This document shows, piece by piece, positions 25,665-38,939 of a stretch of 64,000 bases of DNA (within the stretch, counting starts at the first letter, position 1; each line of letters starts with the position of its first letter). The notes below the pieces were generated by a model that saw nothing but the letters and a program-made list of their open reading frames with translations, was not told where the DNA came from and searched no databases. Location: positions 620,001 through 684,000 of the forward strand of contig JAAOMT010000675.1 of the NCBI GenBank assembly GCA_016748015.1. The letters are read 5' to 3'. This stretch comes from Geosiphon pyriformis uo1 (taxonomy: Eukaryota; Fungi; Glomeromycota). The translations under genes were made by a program, and so were the position numbers.

Positions 25665-26109
25665 TATTACTTATAAAAATTAGGAATTATAATAAATAAA
25701 TAAAATAGCCAATCAAAAATACGTGTAGTAAAAAGAAGAATTTTAGAATTTTTTTTAAAGAATTTCTGTTAAAAGAATTGAAAATTTTTAAAAAATCTTA
25801 TAAAACACAAATTATGTATATATAATAAGAGTATTAAAAGCAAAAAAAGACAGACTCAAACAGAGTAGTAGCTAGCAATAACTATTTATTCCATATTTTT
25901 CTCTTCAAAAAATAGTTTTCTATAACTTAAAATAAAATTACATTAATATTAATAAAATATCTAATTATTATCTAATTTATATTATTATTATTATTTGATT
26001 AAAGAAATATTAAATCCATTTCACATTATTAACACTTTATATTAATAGAATTTAATACTTAACTATATTAAAACAATAGCTTTTGATTATAATTATTAAT
26101 GAAATACTA

Positions 26110-26140
<31 letters not shown>

Positions 26141-26470
26141 ATTTATTTTTTGTTGTTTACTAATTAATTAAAAAAATTAAGCACTAAATAATTAACATTA
26201 AGAATAGCTTGGTAAAAAACACAAAAACAAGAGTAAAAAACTTAAGGATAACTTATCAGAAGAGTATAACTGTTAAAATAAACTGGCCATCACACTGAAA
26301 AAAAAATTTCACAAAAAAAACTATCAATTGAATCTCTATCTATTATACAAAAGACTCCACTAAAACTTTTAAATTCCAAAATCTTCAAAAATTACCAATA
26401 TTCTCAGCTATTAAGCACCAAGTTATGGGTTTATTATTTGTTTTAATACTCTAAATAATCATCTGTAACA
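25665..26470 (+). mobile_element. LTR of family B (solo or orphan)
   Basis: TATTACTTAT...ATCTGTAACA termini; R-U5 collinear with 62587-63453. No matching TSD (TCAG/ATGT). Confidence 0.85.
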
Positions 26471-26996
26471 ATGTGTTAATTACGTTTTTTTAACAGTTTT
26501 GAATTAATTTTTCTATTCAGATAATAGTAATATATCTTTTAGCTCTAAAAAAATATGTTTTAATATATAAGACATATATAAATTAAAATAATAAAAATCA
26601 CTTTTAAATATCCAATTTACTTATATCTTTTTTCTAATTTTTTTTAAGTATTTGAATATTTTTGTAATAAAAAATTATTTGTTGGTATTTATTTATAACT
26701 GTTAGTTTTGAAAATTATTAAATAAATATTACTAAAAAATATAATCAATACTTAATATTGAATTTTAAAAATATTAATATAAGACATAAAATTATATTAA
26801 TGTATTATTTTTTATTGATAATATAAACTATTTTTCTATTTTCAAATTTTTTTGTTATTTTTTAAAAGAATAGCAACTAAGATATTTATAAAACTGATTT
26901 TATATATTAAATCTATACTAATTTAATTTACTTTTTAAAATTAAATTCTTTTTTAATAATTTTTATTATTATATAATTTTGTTTTATTTTGCTATT

Positions 26997-28780
26997 TAGG
27001 GTTTTGATGTTTGGTCTTGTTTGATTTAAGTTCAATTAAACTACCAAATTGAACTAAACTTGAACAGAAAATTTGGCAAAATTTCGAATTTAAACTTAAA
27101 TCAGACTTAAAATTACTAAACTTAAACTGAACTTAAACACATGCAACAAGTTTGGTTCAAGTTTGATTCAAAGTTTATAAACATGTTTAAGTTCAACTAT
27201 TAAAAACATTATATTATACTATATTATTATTTAATTTTTTTTTCAATAATTTTTGCATTTATAATTGAAAACACTGTGCTGCTTTTATAGTTTTAGGCAC
27301 TAAATAAGATCTTATATTTGTAATCATATTTTCATTTGCATAAAAAGCATGTTTAGAAGCAACAAATAATTTTTGGATTGCCAAATAATTACAAGCCATA
27401 TATATAAAATAAAAAAATTGTGTTTAATATACCTAAATATTAAATTATTAATAAAATATTAATTTAAATAAATATTTTTGTAATATATTTTCTATTATGC
27501 TATTATATTTATTTTTTTATTGGCCATCTTTTCAAAGATATAATAATCAATTTCATTAAGTTTTTTTTCTTATCATTGTTAAAATCTGTCTCTAATATAG
27601 ATTATATAACTAATACTATAATATTATTAAAATTACTATTTAACAAAAAACTGTTATTTAATATTGATATAATGTTCAGTGTATACTCTGTTTCAAAAAG
27701 AGTATGTATTTTAAAGATTTATTTATTGTGTAAGAGTTGGAAACTAAAACCATTTGAATAAATTAATAATTTACAATTCTTTTATTTTATTAATATTATT
27801 ATTTGAAAATTTTTTCTTTGTAAAATAATAAAATTTTTTCCTTGGATCCAATGTAATACAGAGCATTACAATTGTATTTGTTTTAGAGTAATATTTAACC
27901 AACTTTTTTTTATTGCTTTAATCATTACAATAAATAATAAATCTAATATTAAATGTGTTAAATAAATAACTAAATAAATATAATTGAGATTATAATGTTT
28001 TATCAGATTCATTATTATCAATTGTATCTTTAATGTAATTAAGAATAATATTAAAAAAAAGAATAATTGAGGAGGCAGTATTATTTGAACTAATTAATAT
28101 TTTAATCATAATATTTTTAAATAATTTAAGAAATTTAACAATTTTATTAAAGACAGTTCATTAATCATATAAAATAACATATTAATAAAAATCAATATGA
28201 GTGCTAATAAAAGTGTTTAATGCTTATAAATTTATAATTAGAATTTTTGTATTCAAAATATATAGAATCAGAAATAAACAACTTGCTGATTTAAAAAATA
28301 ACTTATTTTTGATCATGTCATAAATAAAATTCTATCAGGTAGAACAATTTAAAATAGGTTTATAGTATTTAATTTGATATGTATTACAAATACATTAAAA
28401 AGCTTAAAACATTAAGATAAGATATGAATTACAAAGTTAAGTTTCTTAATCTTTAATTTATACAAAGTTTATATTAGAAAAATTTTAGGTAAATATATTT
28501 AGTTTGGGTTTTTAACAAATATTTTAGAAACATTATTTTTTATTTTATTTAGGACTGTTTGTACTGTCAAGTTTAGAATATGATTAAAGCATCAAAATCA
28601 AAAATCTTTTGAGTTTTATTGAATGTTTTTTTTTTCTAATTTTCTTACTAATTCTTTTATAAAAGTATTATTATTTGCAGTATTATCAAAAGTAATAGTA
28701 AGAAGCTATTAAAAAAAAATTAGATTATAACTAATAAAATTAATAATAAACTTATATAAAAAGTAAGTAAACATAACTCT
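26997..28780 (-). mobile_element. hAT DNA transposon relic: terminus with subterminal repeats (26997-27200) and decayed transposase (~28720-27250)
   Basis: Minus-strand relics ITFDNTANNN (TDNASN), LDPR and C-terminal dimerisation motif ACNYLAIQKLFVASKHAF (ARDYLAI...VASERAF). TAGGG end followed by TGAAC/TAAAC arrays, consistent with deaminated CCGAAC repeats. Confidence 0.8.
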
Positions 28781-28800
28781 TTTTTAAATCTTTTTGACTG

Positions 28801-29136
28801 AAAATTTGGCTTGAAGCAATAATAAAAACTACTTAAATTAACATTAAAAAAATGTGGTTTTTGATGATATAAACATTGTAGTAACTCTGAGTCTTTAATA
28901 ATATTAATACCAAAAATTTAACTTTAAGACAATAATAAAAACTGACTTAAACCAACATTAAGAAAATATAATTTTTAATAATATAAGCACTATGATAACT
29001 TTAAGCTTTAAATAATATTAATGCTAAAAATTTAGCTTTGAGACAATAATAAAAACCAATTTAAACCAATATTAAGAAAATGGGATTTTTAATAATATAA
29101 AAATATAGTAATTTTAAACCTTAAATAATACTAATA
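28801..29136. repeat. Tandem repeat, ~112-114-bp unit x3
   Basis: Units start at 28801, 28913 and 29027 (AAAATTTRGCTTTGAGRCAATAATAAAAAC...); differences are mostly transitions. Confidence 0.9.
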
Positions 29137-29730
29137 TGTTGTGTAATATACCAATTTTATTATTGGCTATTAACTAATCCAAATTTATGTAAAAATATAT
29201 ATATGTACTTTTGATATAATTTTATAATTTTTTAATACTTTAAAAAATCCATTTACAATGTTTATTTTATTATGTTGTCTACTTATTAAATCAAAATTAA
29301 TTATTATTTATTGAATATCTCAATTGTTATTAATATAATAAATAGTAACAAAAACAAAAACTTTAATATTAGAAGATATCTAAAATTTAATGTAAAAAAA
29401 TTTTGAACTTAATAGTACCTAAATATATTTATTATATTATAAATATAAATAAAAAAAAGAAACATTTTATAATAAAAATAGTGCTTATTTTTAATTTTTG
29501 TTTATCCAAAACATAGAATTCTATAACTTTATTTTTAATTGCATTGACACAAACAAATTAAGAAATGAGATTCAAATATTAGAATATTTGGTTCAATTTT
29601 TTTTTTTTTTACATTTTACGAATGAGGTCCAAACACTACTTAGAGCTATACATCAAGGAAATGATCTATACTAGGCGTGAATCATGCATTGTCTACACGT
29701 GACCAGCCACTCAGGCTGATTAGAACAACA

Positions 29731-32700
29731 CTACACAGATATACAAACTGAAACTGAACTGCCTATACCAGAAAAGAATAAACATGGTTTACAAAAACCA
29801 AAACGAACACCCATAGTCTCAGTGATGCCAAGCAGCTTTACAACACCAGCAGAAAACCCCGAAACCAAACCAGAGACTGAAACAGGTGTTGAACCATCCG
29901 ACGGAATCAACTTGGTCTTCTCCATGTAAGCACGATGCTTAGCACAAACCAACCAAACACCATCCCTAAAGGCAAGACTAAGAGAGTGCACAAACTTAAC
30001 CATCTCTAATTCTGCAATTTTGGGATCACGGAACGCAGAAACAGCCTTGCAAAACCAATCATTAAACACAAAACTCTTGTATAGTGCCATGAACACAGGG
30101 GAATCAGAGGCACAAGATGACAAAAGCTGCATTACAACTGACAAAAAAAGCAACAAACCAGTAAGAGCCTTCCAAAAAGCCACATGAGAATTCAAAATCT
30201 GACTACAAGCAGAATTGTCAACCTTACAAAAGAACACATGGTCTGAAGACTCCACATCACCACAATATAAACACAGCACACTAGGGTAATATATATTATA
30301 AAGATGCTTCCTCACAGCAACAGGCAACCAGTGATACAGAGCCTTCATGAAATAGGTATGAGCATTAGCCAAGGGCCTGCTGGTGGAGCTGGTGGCCATG
30401 TGTAAGTCAGGATGCCAGACCAAAGAAGAGCGGAACCAGTCAACATTAAAAAGCAAATTATTCCTTAAAAACTTAGCACCAGAACCAACTTCCCAGCGTG
30501 CACGACAAATTGACTGGCAAATATCACGAACAAAGTGTTTCAAATTGCCCAAAACCACACCACTGTCAGCCACCAGAAAATGTTCATTCAAGTAAGGATG
30601 CAGATGCCAACTGGAAAAAAAGGCAATGCCAGCAATCTCATCAGCATGTTCATTACCAGAAACACCAGAGTGACCTTTGACCTTGTGCCAACAAACTCTC
30701 AAATTTTTACTACAAATAACATTAGCAATATGCTGATGCTCAACCCAACACTGATTGTGAAAGTCAGGACACACAAGATTCAATTCTGATTCACAAGCAC
30801 TCAAAGCTGACTGACTATCAGAAAACACGCAAATGGAACAGGATGAAGGGACATACTCCATGGCCAACGCAATAGCCTGCAATTCCACAAGGATAGATGA
30901 CATCAAGCCCAATACTCCAACTCCCAAACCCAAACCAATGTCCTCAAAAAAAACAGCAGCACCAGCTCTACATTCAGCAGTACCCAAACTTCCCAAAGAT
31001 CCGTCCGTGTAAACAGACAAGCTACCAGAAACAACCTAAGAAAGACGACCACAAACAGAAGCATAATCAGCAGAACCAAGAATATCTCGATAAACAACAC
31101 TATCTGAGACAAGCTGATCATTAAAAGGGAGAGAAGCACCATTGAGAAATGCAGCAGCAAGCCTGAACCATTCCGGAACGGGGCCACGGGGGTCCAGTCT
31201 TTTCCAACGCTTGAAGATATACCAGTCAAAAATGGCGCCATGATGATTACAAAGTTGATCTACAAAGACAACGCCATACCATCGGAGAGAAGGAAGGAAC
31301 TTGGAAAACCTAGATTCACCTAAAACAGTAGACATAGGTGCACTGCCACTAGACCGAAAGGAACTAACAAAAGATTTACCCAAAGACAAATTGCAGTCAA
31401 GAAGAATACGGACCAAGTCTGCTAAAAAGTTGTTGGAAGTGCTAATATTAACATGAACAGGAGAATTCAATGGATAAATAGGATGCCAACACTGAACTTG
31501 CAAGTCATGAGACCTGTGAGAAAATAAGCAACCCAAGATCCCATCAAAGTTTACAAAACTGATGAGAGAGGCCATTTTACATTCAGACTGTACCTGCGAG
31601 AAAGATTTCAAACCATAAAATGAAGGGTGGTACAGCGTATCATTGGGAAAATCAAGCAGAAGACCAGATTTAAGCTTCAAGCCCTTGCAAACCAGAGCAT
31701 CCCACTTGGCACAAACACCAACTGATATAAAACTAAATTGTGTCCGATAACTGATTATGGGCTGAAGAACCACCAATACCAAGTATAGGAATTGTTTATC
31801 TGAAATAGTCTTCCTCAGAACCAAATTGACAAAAAAGCAAATGTCCAAATGTGCCTTAGCCAAACTCGACTTCGAAAAACCCTCAGTTGAAAAAAAAATA
31901 CCCAGATACTGATGAGATTCCCCCTTTCTGGCAATGGAAATGGGAGAGCCGTTAATGGAAAGGGAGGGACTGCTGACTCTGCTATTGATGGGAATGGCCA
32001 CTGTTTTGGTATTGTTGATAGAGATATCATTGATCTAAAAGAATTCACTGGCAACATTGAGAATATGCTGAGTAGCAGCTTGACTGTTACCAACCCAAAT
32101 TGTATCATCGACAAAAGCACCAGTGGCAAAAAAGGAAGAACGTCCAGCCTGAGTCTCAGCACACCCATTTTTAGAGATAAAGTACGAATTAAGCCTATAT
32201 CCACACACACTCTCCTGATGTTTGACTTCACACAACAAAGGATCATAGAAGATGCACCACAGAAGAGGGAAAAAAACTTCACCCTGATCTAAGCCATCAT
32301 ACACATGATAACCACCAGTCAAACTGAAATCCATCATTACCCGATTGGTGCAACCCTTATGTATGTCACCAAAGAACCAAATAAACTTGCTGCACATCTT
32401 AATCCTGACCAGACATTTCTCAAAATGCTCCCAGCCAACTGAATCGTAAGCCTTCCTTATATTCTATAACACCAGCCAGAGTTCACGGTTCTTTTCCAGA
32501 GCATCCTCAATTATCAAACCAATCGCAAAAATGGGAGACTGAGTAGTTGTACCTTTCAAAACTGAGAAATTATCCCCACGAAGAACATTGAAAATGCTGC
32601 ATGCAGCAGAAATCTTATCAAAAAGAACCTTGAAAAGAATCTTACAAGTTGTTTTGATCAAAGCAATAGGATGTGTGTTCATCAGAACACCCTCTCACTC

Positions 32701-34419
32701 ATAAGGCTTGGGAATCATCGAAACCCAGGCCTTTTTCCATGGGCTGGGCACCAATTCACCAGCCAAACAAGAGTTCAAAAGTACCAACAACATCTCCAAG
32801 ACAGACCTATCACAATGTTTCCAAAGCTCATTTGAGATACCCAACAGACCAGCAGCTTTGCCATCAGGAAGGACGGAAACCACCCCAAACAATTCGTCAA
32901 AACCAATCAGACACATTACCTCTGAGAAAGCCTCATCAAAAACATACTCCAAAGGCCTATATTGGCGACACCATTCGCTTGACATATCATCAACCACCCG
33001 ATGCTTCCTAGTCCACTCCTCCATGATTATGTCCACCTTGCTTTTAACCTGATCAGGCTCCAAAACTAACTCACCATCAACAACCAAGTAGTTAAGCACC
33101 ACCTTATGAAATGGGCGCTCCAGCACACTCCTTATTGTATGATCTTTATTGACCTCAAAGCTCTTCATCCTCTTATCTATGGCTGATCTAATGTTGGTCT
33201 CCTTGGCGATCTGAGACTCAACGAGCTTAGATGCACGATATGATTTCCGAGCACTTGAGAGAGCAGAAAAAACATGACCAGAGTCCATACCAGAATCTAC
33301 CAGATTCCGAATGACTAAAGCCTTAACACTGTCCAGTGAGGCCCAACAATCCATGAAAGAAAAAAAACCAACAATATCTCCCTCATGTGACACCTTGAAA
33401 ATCTTAGAAACCAAAAGCTCCAATTTGTGAAACTTTGAGAATTCCTTGGAGAAAGGTCTATCAAAGTCCTTGAACCATTTTTTTTTGAAAATGCCATCTG
33501 CCGAAAGCACCATGATCTCGCGAATGACGTCCCACATCACATCCAAATCAGAGAATCTTACAGTGGTGGCAAACTTATCTGAGAACATTGCTGCATTGGC
33601 CAAAGTGGCACCCCTGAAATTATCCCATCTACTTTCATCAGCACCCCTAATGCTAAACTTCCACTGATCCCTATTTGTCTGTCTACAAAGAAAATTCAAA
33701 TGCACATCCAAAAGCCCACCCAAACCCACGGACACACAAACCGCTTGATGATCAGTATCAAAATACTCACTAACATCCAAAATGTCTCGGTTTACTATTG
33801 CATTGACCAAATTTGATGAAATGAACACATAATCAATAGTCTTGACAACACCCCTTGAATTTTTCTAGGTAGGACACTTAGCCAATGGATTCTCCACCAG
33901 AGAATTGACCAAACCCAAATCCAAACACTTCTTAAAATTAGCATACCTGCGAGAGCCATCTTCATTGAAATCACCACCCAAAACAACAAAAGAAGACTCG
34001 TTTACAGTCTCAGCTATCAGGGAATTGACCTCGCCAGCTTGAGAGAAATGTGTTGCCAGAGAAGCACCAGCATAAAGCCCCAAAATTGATACAGAGAGTT
34101 TGTTTTTAAAAAGCATCTTAATCAAGAGTAGCCAACCAGGCACCTCAGAAATCTTACACACATGGTGAGCCAGAGAATTGTTCACAACAATAGCTATACC
34201 CGAACCCAGATTGCCAGAATCTTGACCTGAGGTAAAGACTCGAACACCATTAAACCTAGTTGCAATCCATAGACAGACCTTGCCCTTCAGCTTGGTCTCG
34301 GTAATGATAGAAATCAAATTGTTCATATCTTTGTGCCAACGAATGATATCTTCCTGTTTCGCAGGATTGTTCATACCTCTTATATTACATGTGGCAATTT
34401 TCCAAATTAAGTGAGTCAT
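29731..34419 (-). pseudogene. LINE copy 2 ORF2: APE endonuclease, RT (FVDD), RNase H, C-terminal Cys/His finger
   Basis: IATCNIRG, ITETKL, GGDFNE, DTDH; GLDQGEV, GAFVDDT, YLGIF; YTDGS...ELQAI...SDSQS...KVKGHSG..GNEHAD; CLYCGDVESSDHVFFC. Confidence 0.93.
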
Positions 34420-36371
34420 TGAAAAGACAGGGAAACTGACAAACCCGAACCAGAGCACAGAATGTTTAACTTATCCAAAACCAAACCAACTGAGGCCTTC
34501 AAAGCAATCAATTTTGTTTCTAAACCACCCACTTTGGCAGTGAGAACTTTGGAACTACTAGAGCTGAGCTCAACAGCAGCATCATGAAAGACAGATGGAA
34601 GAGTACCAGACGAGACCAAAGCAGTATCCAAAATTATATCAGAAACCACATCAGAAGACAAAGTTTCAGAAACAACAGAAAGAAGGCTCAAAGAAGGGGT
34701 TACCACAGAAACCAAATTAATAGATTCCAGTTGAGCCAAAATGCCAGAAATGCAATCAGTCAAAAGCTCCAAAGAGTGCTCTAAAATTGCCAGCTGGTCA
34801 TTCAAATGAGAAATGGTAGGAGAGACAGTTGCCATTGAAAAAGGAACTGAACCAGAATGCAAGCCAGTACCAACCAAACCAGAGGAAATCATACAAGAAG
34901 GAGAGCCACCAGCAACCTGGGCCCATGTTTTACCACCAAGTGAGACTGGACAAGCGACAGGAACTGACTTCTTCTTATATATCTCAGCTAGACGAATCCG
35001 ATCTTGCTCAGAAACCACCCTTCTTCCTCGAACACCAGAATATTCACCCAAGGAACAGTTGACCATAACATGACCAAATTGTTTACAACGAATACAACTG
35101 GCCAAAGAGAAACCAGCCCAATGCAAACTCACATTTTTGAAAACTGGAATGGTACCAATAGCAGCCAACTTGGATGCCTCATCACCAAAACAAATTACAG
35201 CACATCTATCACGAACATACGAACTAGGATTACGGCCGATATAACAAGTCTTCCCACCATATGATTCCAACAAACTGGAGAGGTCATGAGCATTGGTGCC
35301 AACTGGAAGAGTGTAAAGCAATGCCTGATGCTGATCTCTTGACACTCACGTTTGTTTATCAATATTTGCCTTTGCCATGTGAACAGAATCCTTTCCCATA
35401 AACACAGACCATCTAGCTGTGACCAAATCAGCCATCTCAGATGATTCATATTCCACTAGGGCCTTTTGCCAAAGACTAATAAGCTGCACTTTGATTGAAA
35501 TGATCTTGCCAAACTTGGAGAACACTTCTTCAATTGCCGATTTGGGAAGATCCACTGGGATTTCCTTGACAATCACTTCCCGATCTGAACAGACACTTGA
35601 TTTTCTCAGATTATTATTGACCAAAATTTTCTCACAGATTGCCAATTCCCTAGCCTTATTTAAACTAATTTCAGAAGTAAATGAGGATCTGATGATCCCT
35701 GAAAATTTTGAGGGAGTTGAGGCTCCCCCAAACCCATCAACACGATAAAAAATTTTTTTCAAACTAATCATTTTGTCATTATTAGTTTTGCCAGGAACGG
35801 CAGATAGCTCAATATCTAATGCAAACAATTTTGATGAATTAAAATTCTATTTCTCTGGTGCATGTGACCAGATTGGAGGAAGGTAATTAGATCCAAAAAA
35901 TTTGGGACTCGAGAGAGACAAAGTATCCTCACCATCACTTGAAACATTGAAAGAAAGAGGTGGCGGCTTACTGTTCAGAACATAGGTGCGGGTACACGTC
36001 TTCCTTGGCATGGCATCATTTATGTTATCGTCCAAACCCGAAACATCCGACTCTGCATAGCAAGTTTCCTTAGCAATGACGTTTTCCATATTATCCAAGC
36101 CCGAGACACCACTCATACTGTTCACTTCGCTGTTGACTTTGCTAGCCCATGATTGCCTAATGTTAGATCCATCACCACTTTTATCTATAACATTCGAGAC
36201 ATCAGCAGATGACTCTACCAATCCGTCAACTGCCACAGGTTTCTTTGGCTTCTTATAGGACGCACTGTGAGAATGAAGACCAACCGAGCACTTATTTTTG
36301 ACACTAGACCAGGTCCCCAACCCAGCTGAAACAGACCCAGAACCACCAGCAGCAAAGCCCACCAGTTCCAT
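34416..36371 (-). pseudogene. LINE copy 2 ORF1 (gag-like): Ser-rich N-terminus, RRM, CCHC knuckle, C-terminal coiled coil; two premature stops
   Basis: Same-frame fragments 36371-35847, 35828-35346 and 35345-34416; VFSKFGKIISIK (RRM); CIRCKQFGHVMVNC. Confidence 0.9.
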
Positions 36372-36539
36372 AGCAACAAAAGGGGAAATATCTGAAGAAA
36401 TAACTGGAGAAAGGTGAAGGGGAAAGGGAAAAGGAAGGCTATTTCAATGATGACTCAAAGCTCTCGTTGTAACCAGGGGATCAATGAAAGAAAGAGTGTT
36501 TTGCATTTTCAATTCAATCAAAACTCTAATTGAATAAAA

Positions 36540-37660
36540 AAAAAGCACATTGTTAATTTGGTTAAAAATAAAAACTTATTAATTAAGTAGATAAAAATTA
36601 AGAATTATTTAAGATTTTTAAACAATATCAAAGCTAACTTAATAGTAAATAAGATTGTTTATTTGCTATTTTTTTGCTAATTAAAATATATGAACAATAT
36701 ATTATAGCTAATAATACAGTCATATTTGGTAATACTTGTCATTTTATTTATAATATTTATAAGTTAATTTGTTATGCTCAATAAAAAACTGGTCTTAGTT
36801 ATAATATAATTCTAAATGCTTTGATTAGAAAGATAAATTGGTTGTTTACTATATAAGTATGATACTTTAATTTATATATACAGATTAGATTTACTTGTAA
36901 AAATCTGCCAATTTGTATATGTATTTAATAAAAGCTGTTTATAAATAACTGTTAATAATAATTCAAAAAAAATTGTATAATAAAACATATTCAAGTGTAT
37001 TATATTTGCTATATAATGAGATAAAGTTGCTAAATTATGTTTTTATTTGTATTAAAAATGTTAATGTTTATAAAAAATATTAATAAAGACTTTTGAACTT
37101 TAGATTTTGCTAGTAAACATTTGTATATTTTCTTTTTAAGAATTTTTTTTAGGTATTTTTTAAATATATACTTGTATACAGTAATTTGTAAAGACTTTAT
37201 ATTAAAGAATTAGTGTATTAAAACTGTTACAACTCTTAAAAAAAGAAAGAAGACAATTATAAATGTAGTTAAGTTTATAAAACAATTAATAAAGAGATAT
37301 TATTTGAAAATATAACTTATTAGAACTAAATATTAAATAAATATTAAAAAAACTGGTTTAATACAAAATAATAGTTTGGTGTTAGATTTGTTATATAGCT
37401 TATTAAAGAAATTGCTAAATAGTATAATTTAGTTGTTTAATATTATTAAATTTTTTGTTATTAGTTTTAGTAAACATAGACTTTGTTTTTTTTTGAGTTT
37501 GAATAGTAATATTAATATTTTTGTAGATATATAGTATTGTTTTGTCTAATTCAAGTTATTGGTTATATATAGTAAATGTATAAATTGTGTTTAGTTTAAA
37601 CTATTTAGTTTGGTTTTATAAGTTAAATATAGTTAATTTTTATTTATAAAATTGGTAATA
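36540..37660 (+). mobile_element. LINE copy 4: highly decayed 3' fragment (post-RNase H region and 3' UTR)
   Basis: ~36900-37045 reads SANLYMYLIKAVYK...QKKLYNKTYSSVLYLLY (cf. AHTYFMKALYH...RKHLYNIYYPSVLCLYC in copy 2). 3' UTR relic at 37550-37630. Confidence 0.75.
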
Positions 37661-37709
37661 AAAATAAAATAAAATTGGCTTAATATAAAATTAATACTTT
37701 TTTTAACAT

Positions 37710-38660
37710 TATTACTAGTAGAATTTTAGCCATTAAATTAGCATGAAATTACTTTTATAATTTTTATTATTAATTAACATATATTAAATATTATTTCAAT
37801 TATTACTTATTATTTAAAAAAATTATTAAATATCACTAGTTAATTAATAACCTGATTTGTATAATAAAAAGTAGGATGATTAAATTACACAATATTCCGA
37901 ACTATGTAACATTTAAGAATTCACTAAAATTTGTAGAAATTTACTGAAATAATTAATAGTTTATTAAAATAACTTGTAGTTTGTCAAAATATATCTTTAG
38001 TTTATCGAAAAAAAAAGTTCAAGTTTATAGACTAGTACTATAACAAGTTGTATAAAAAAAGAGTTTTTTTCTTCAAAAAAAAATATTTTATTTAGAATTA
38101 TCTTAATTAAAATCAATTATTCTATACATATTTTTACAAGAAAATAAATAAAAATTAAATATTTTAAAAACTTAATTGCTTTAAATAATTATACTTGGCA
38201 TTCTCCAAAACTTATTTAATATTTTTGAAATTAATTAGCTACTAATTTTAGTAATCAGTTAGTAATTCTAAGTCTAAACAAAAAATGATTTTTTTAACAA
38301 AATTCTAATTCTTTGACAATTTTTTTATTTCTTTTTATTTTTCTTATTATAATTATTAAGATAGTCTACAGATGAGATTCCTGTAAAAAAGTTAACTTTT
38401 ATAGCAAAGTAACTACACATTTTAGTAAGCTTTTAAACAAGCAATTTTTGGAAAAAAGTTGATATTTACTATAATATAACTATATAAAACAACTGGTATA
38501 GAATTAGTTATTCTACTTATAAGCTTAATAATTCAAATTATAAAAGATAATTTAAAGATAAATTCAATTATTAAAGATTTAACTACTTCCAGAAATATGA
38601 ATTTATAGCAAACAGATATTAACAACAGTTAAGAAAAAAAACCAAAAACTTTTAATAACA
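37710..38660 (+). mobile_element. Solo LTR, family A
   Basis: TATTACTAG...TAATAACA termini; 4-bp TSD ACAT/ATAT. Confidence 0.88.
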
Positions 38661-38939
38661 ATATATAAAAAAATTATATATATAGTTAATTTATATAAAA
38701 TTCATATATTATATTAGTATTATTTTAATTATGTTTTTTTTTTTTTTTATTATTAGGTTTTATGAGTAAAGTCTACTTGCTATTTAGTATACAGACCCAA
38801 ATTAAGTGGATCAAACCAAATACAGTTTATGTTTTTACTATATATGGCCAGTTACTTGGATCAAACAAGACAATACTATATATTTATATTTACATAAACA
38901 TTTTCATTCAAACCAAAAAAGAAAAAACACAGTATATAT

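Larger units (their letters stand above)
29597..36507 (-). mobile_element. LINE copy 2: full-length (~6.9 kb), youngest copy, with poly(A) tail
   Basis: T14 at 29597-29610; ORF1 and ORF2 broken mainly by single stops; candidate short TSD TTCAATT (29592-29598 / 36508-36514). Confidence 0.95.

Noticed and set aside
28801-29136. CRISPR-like array
   Set aside because: Contiguous homologous units with no unique spacers; eukaryotic context; no cas genes.
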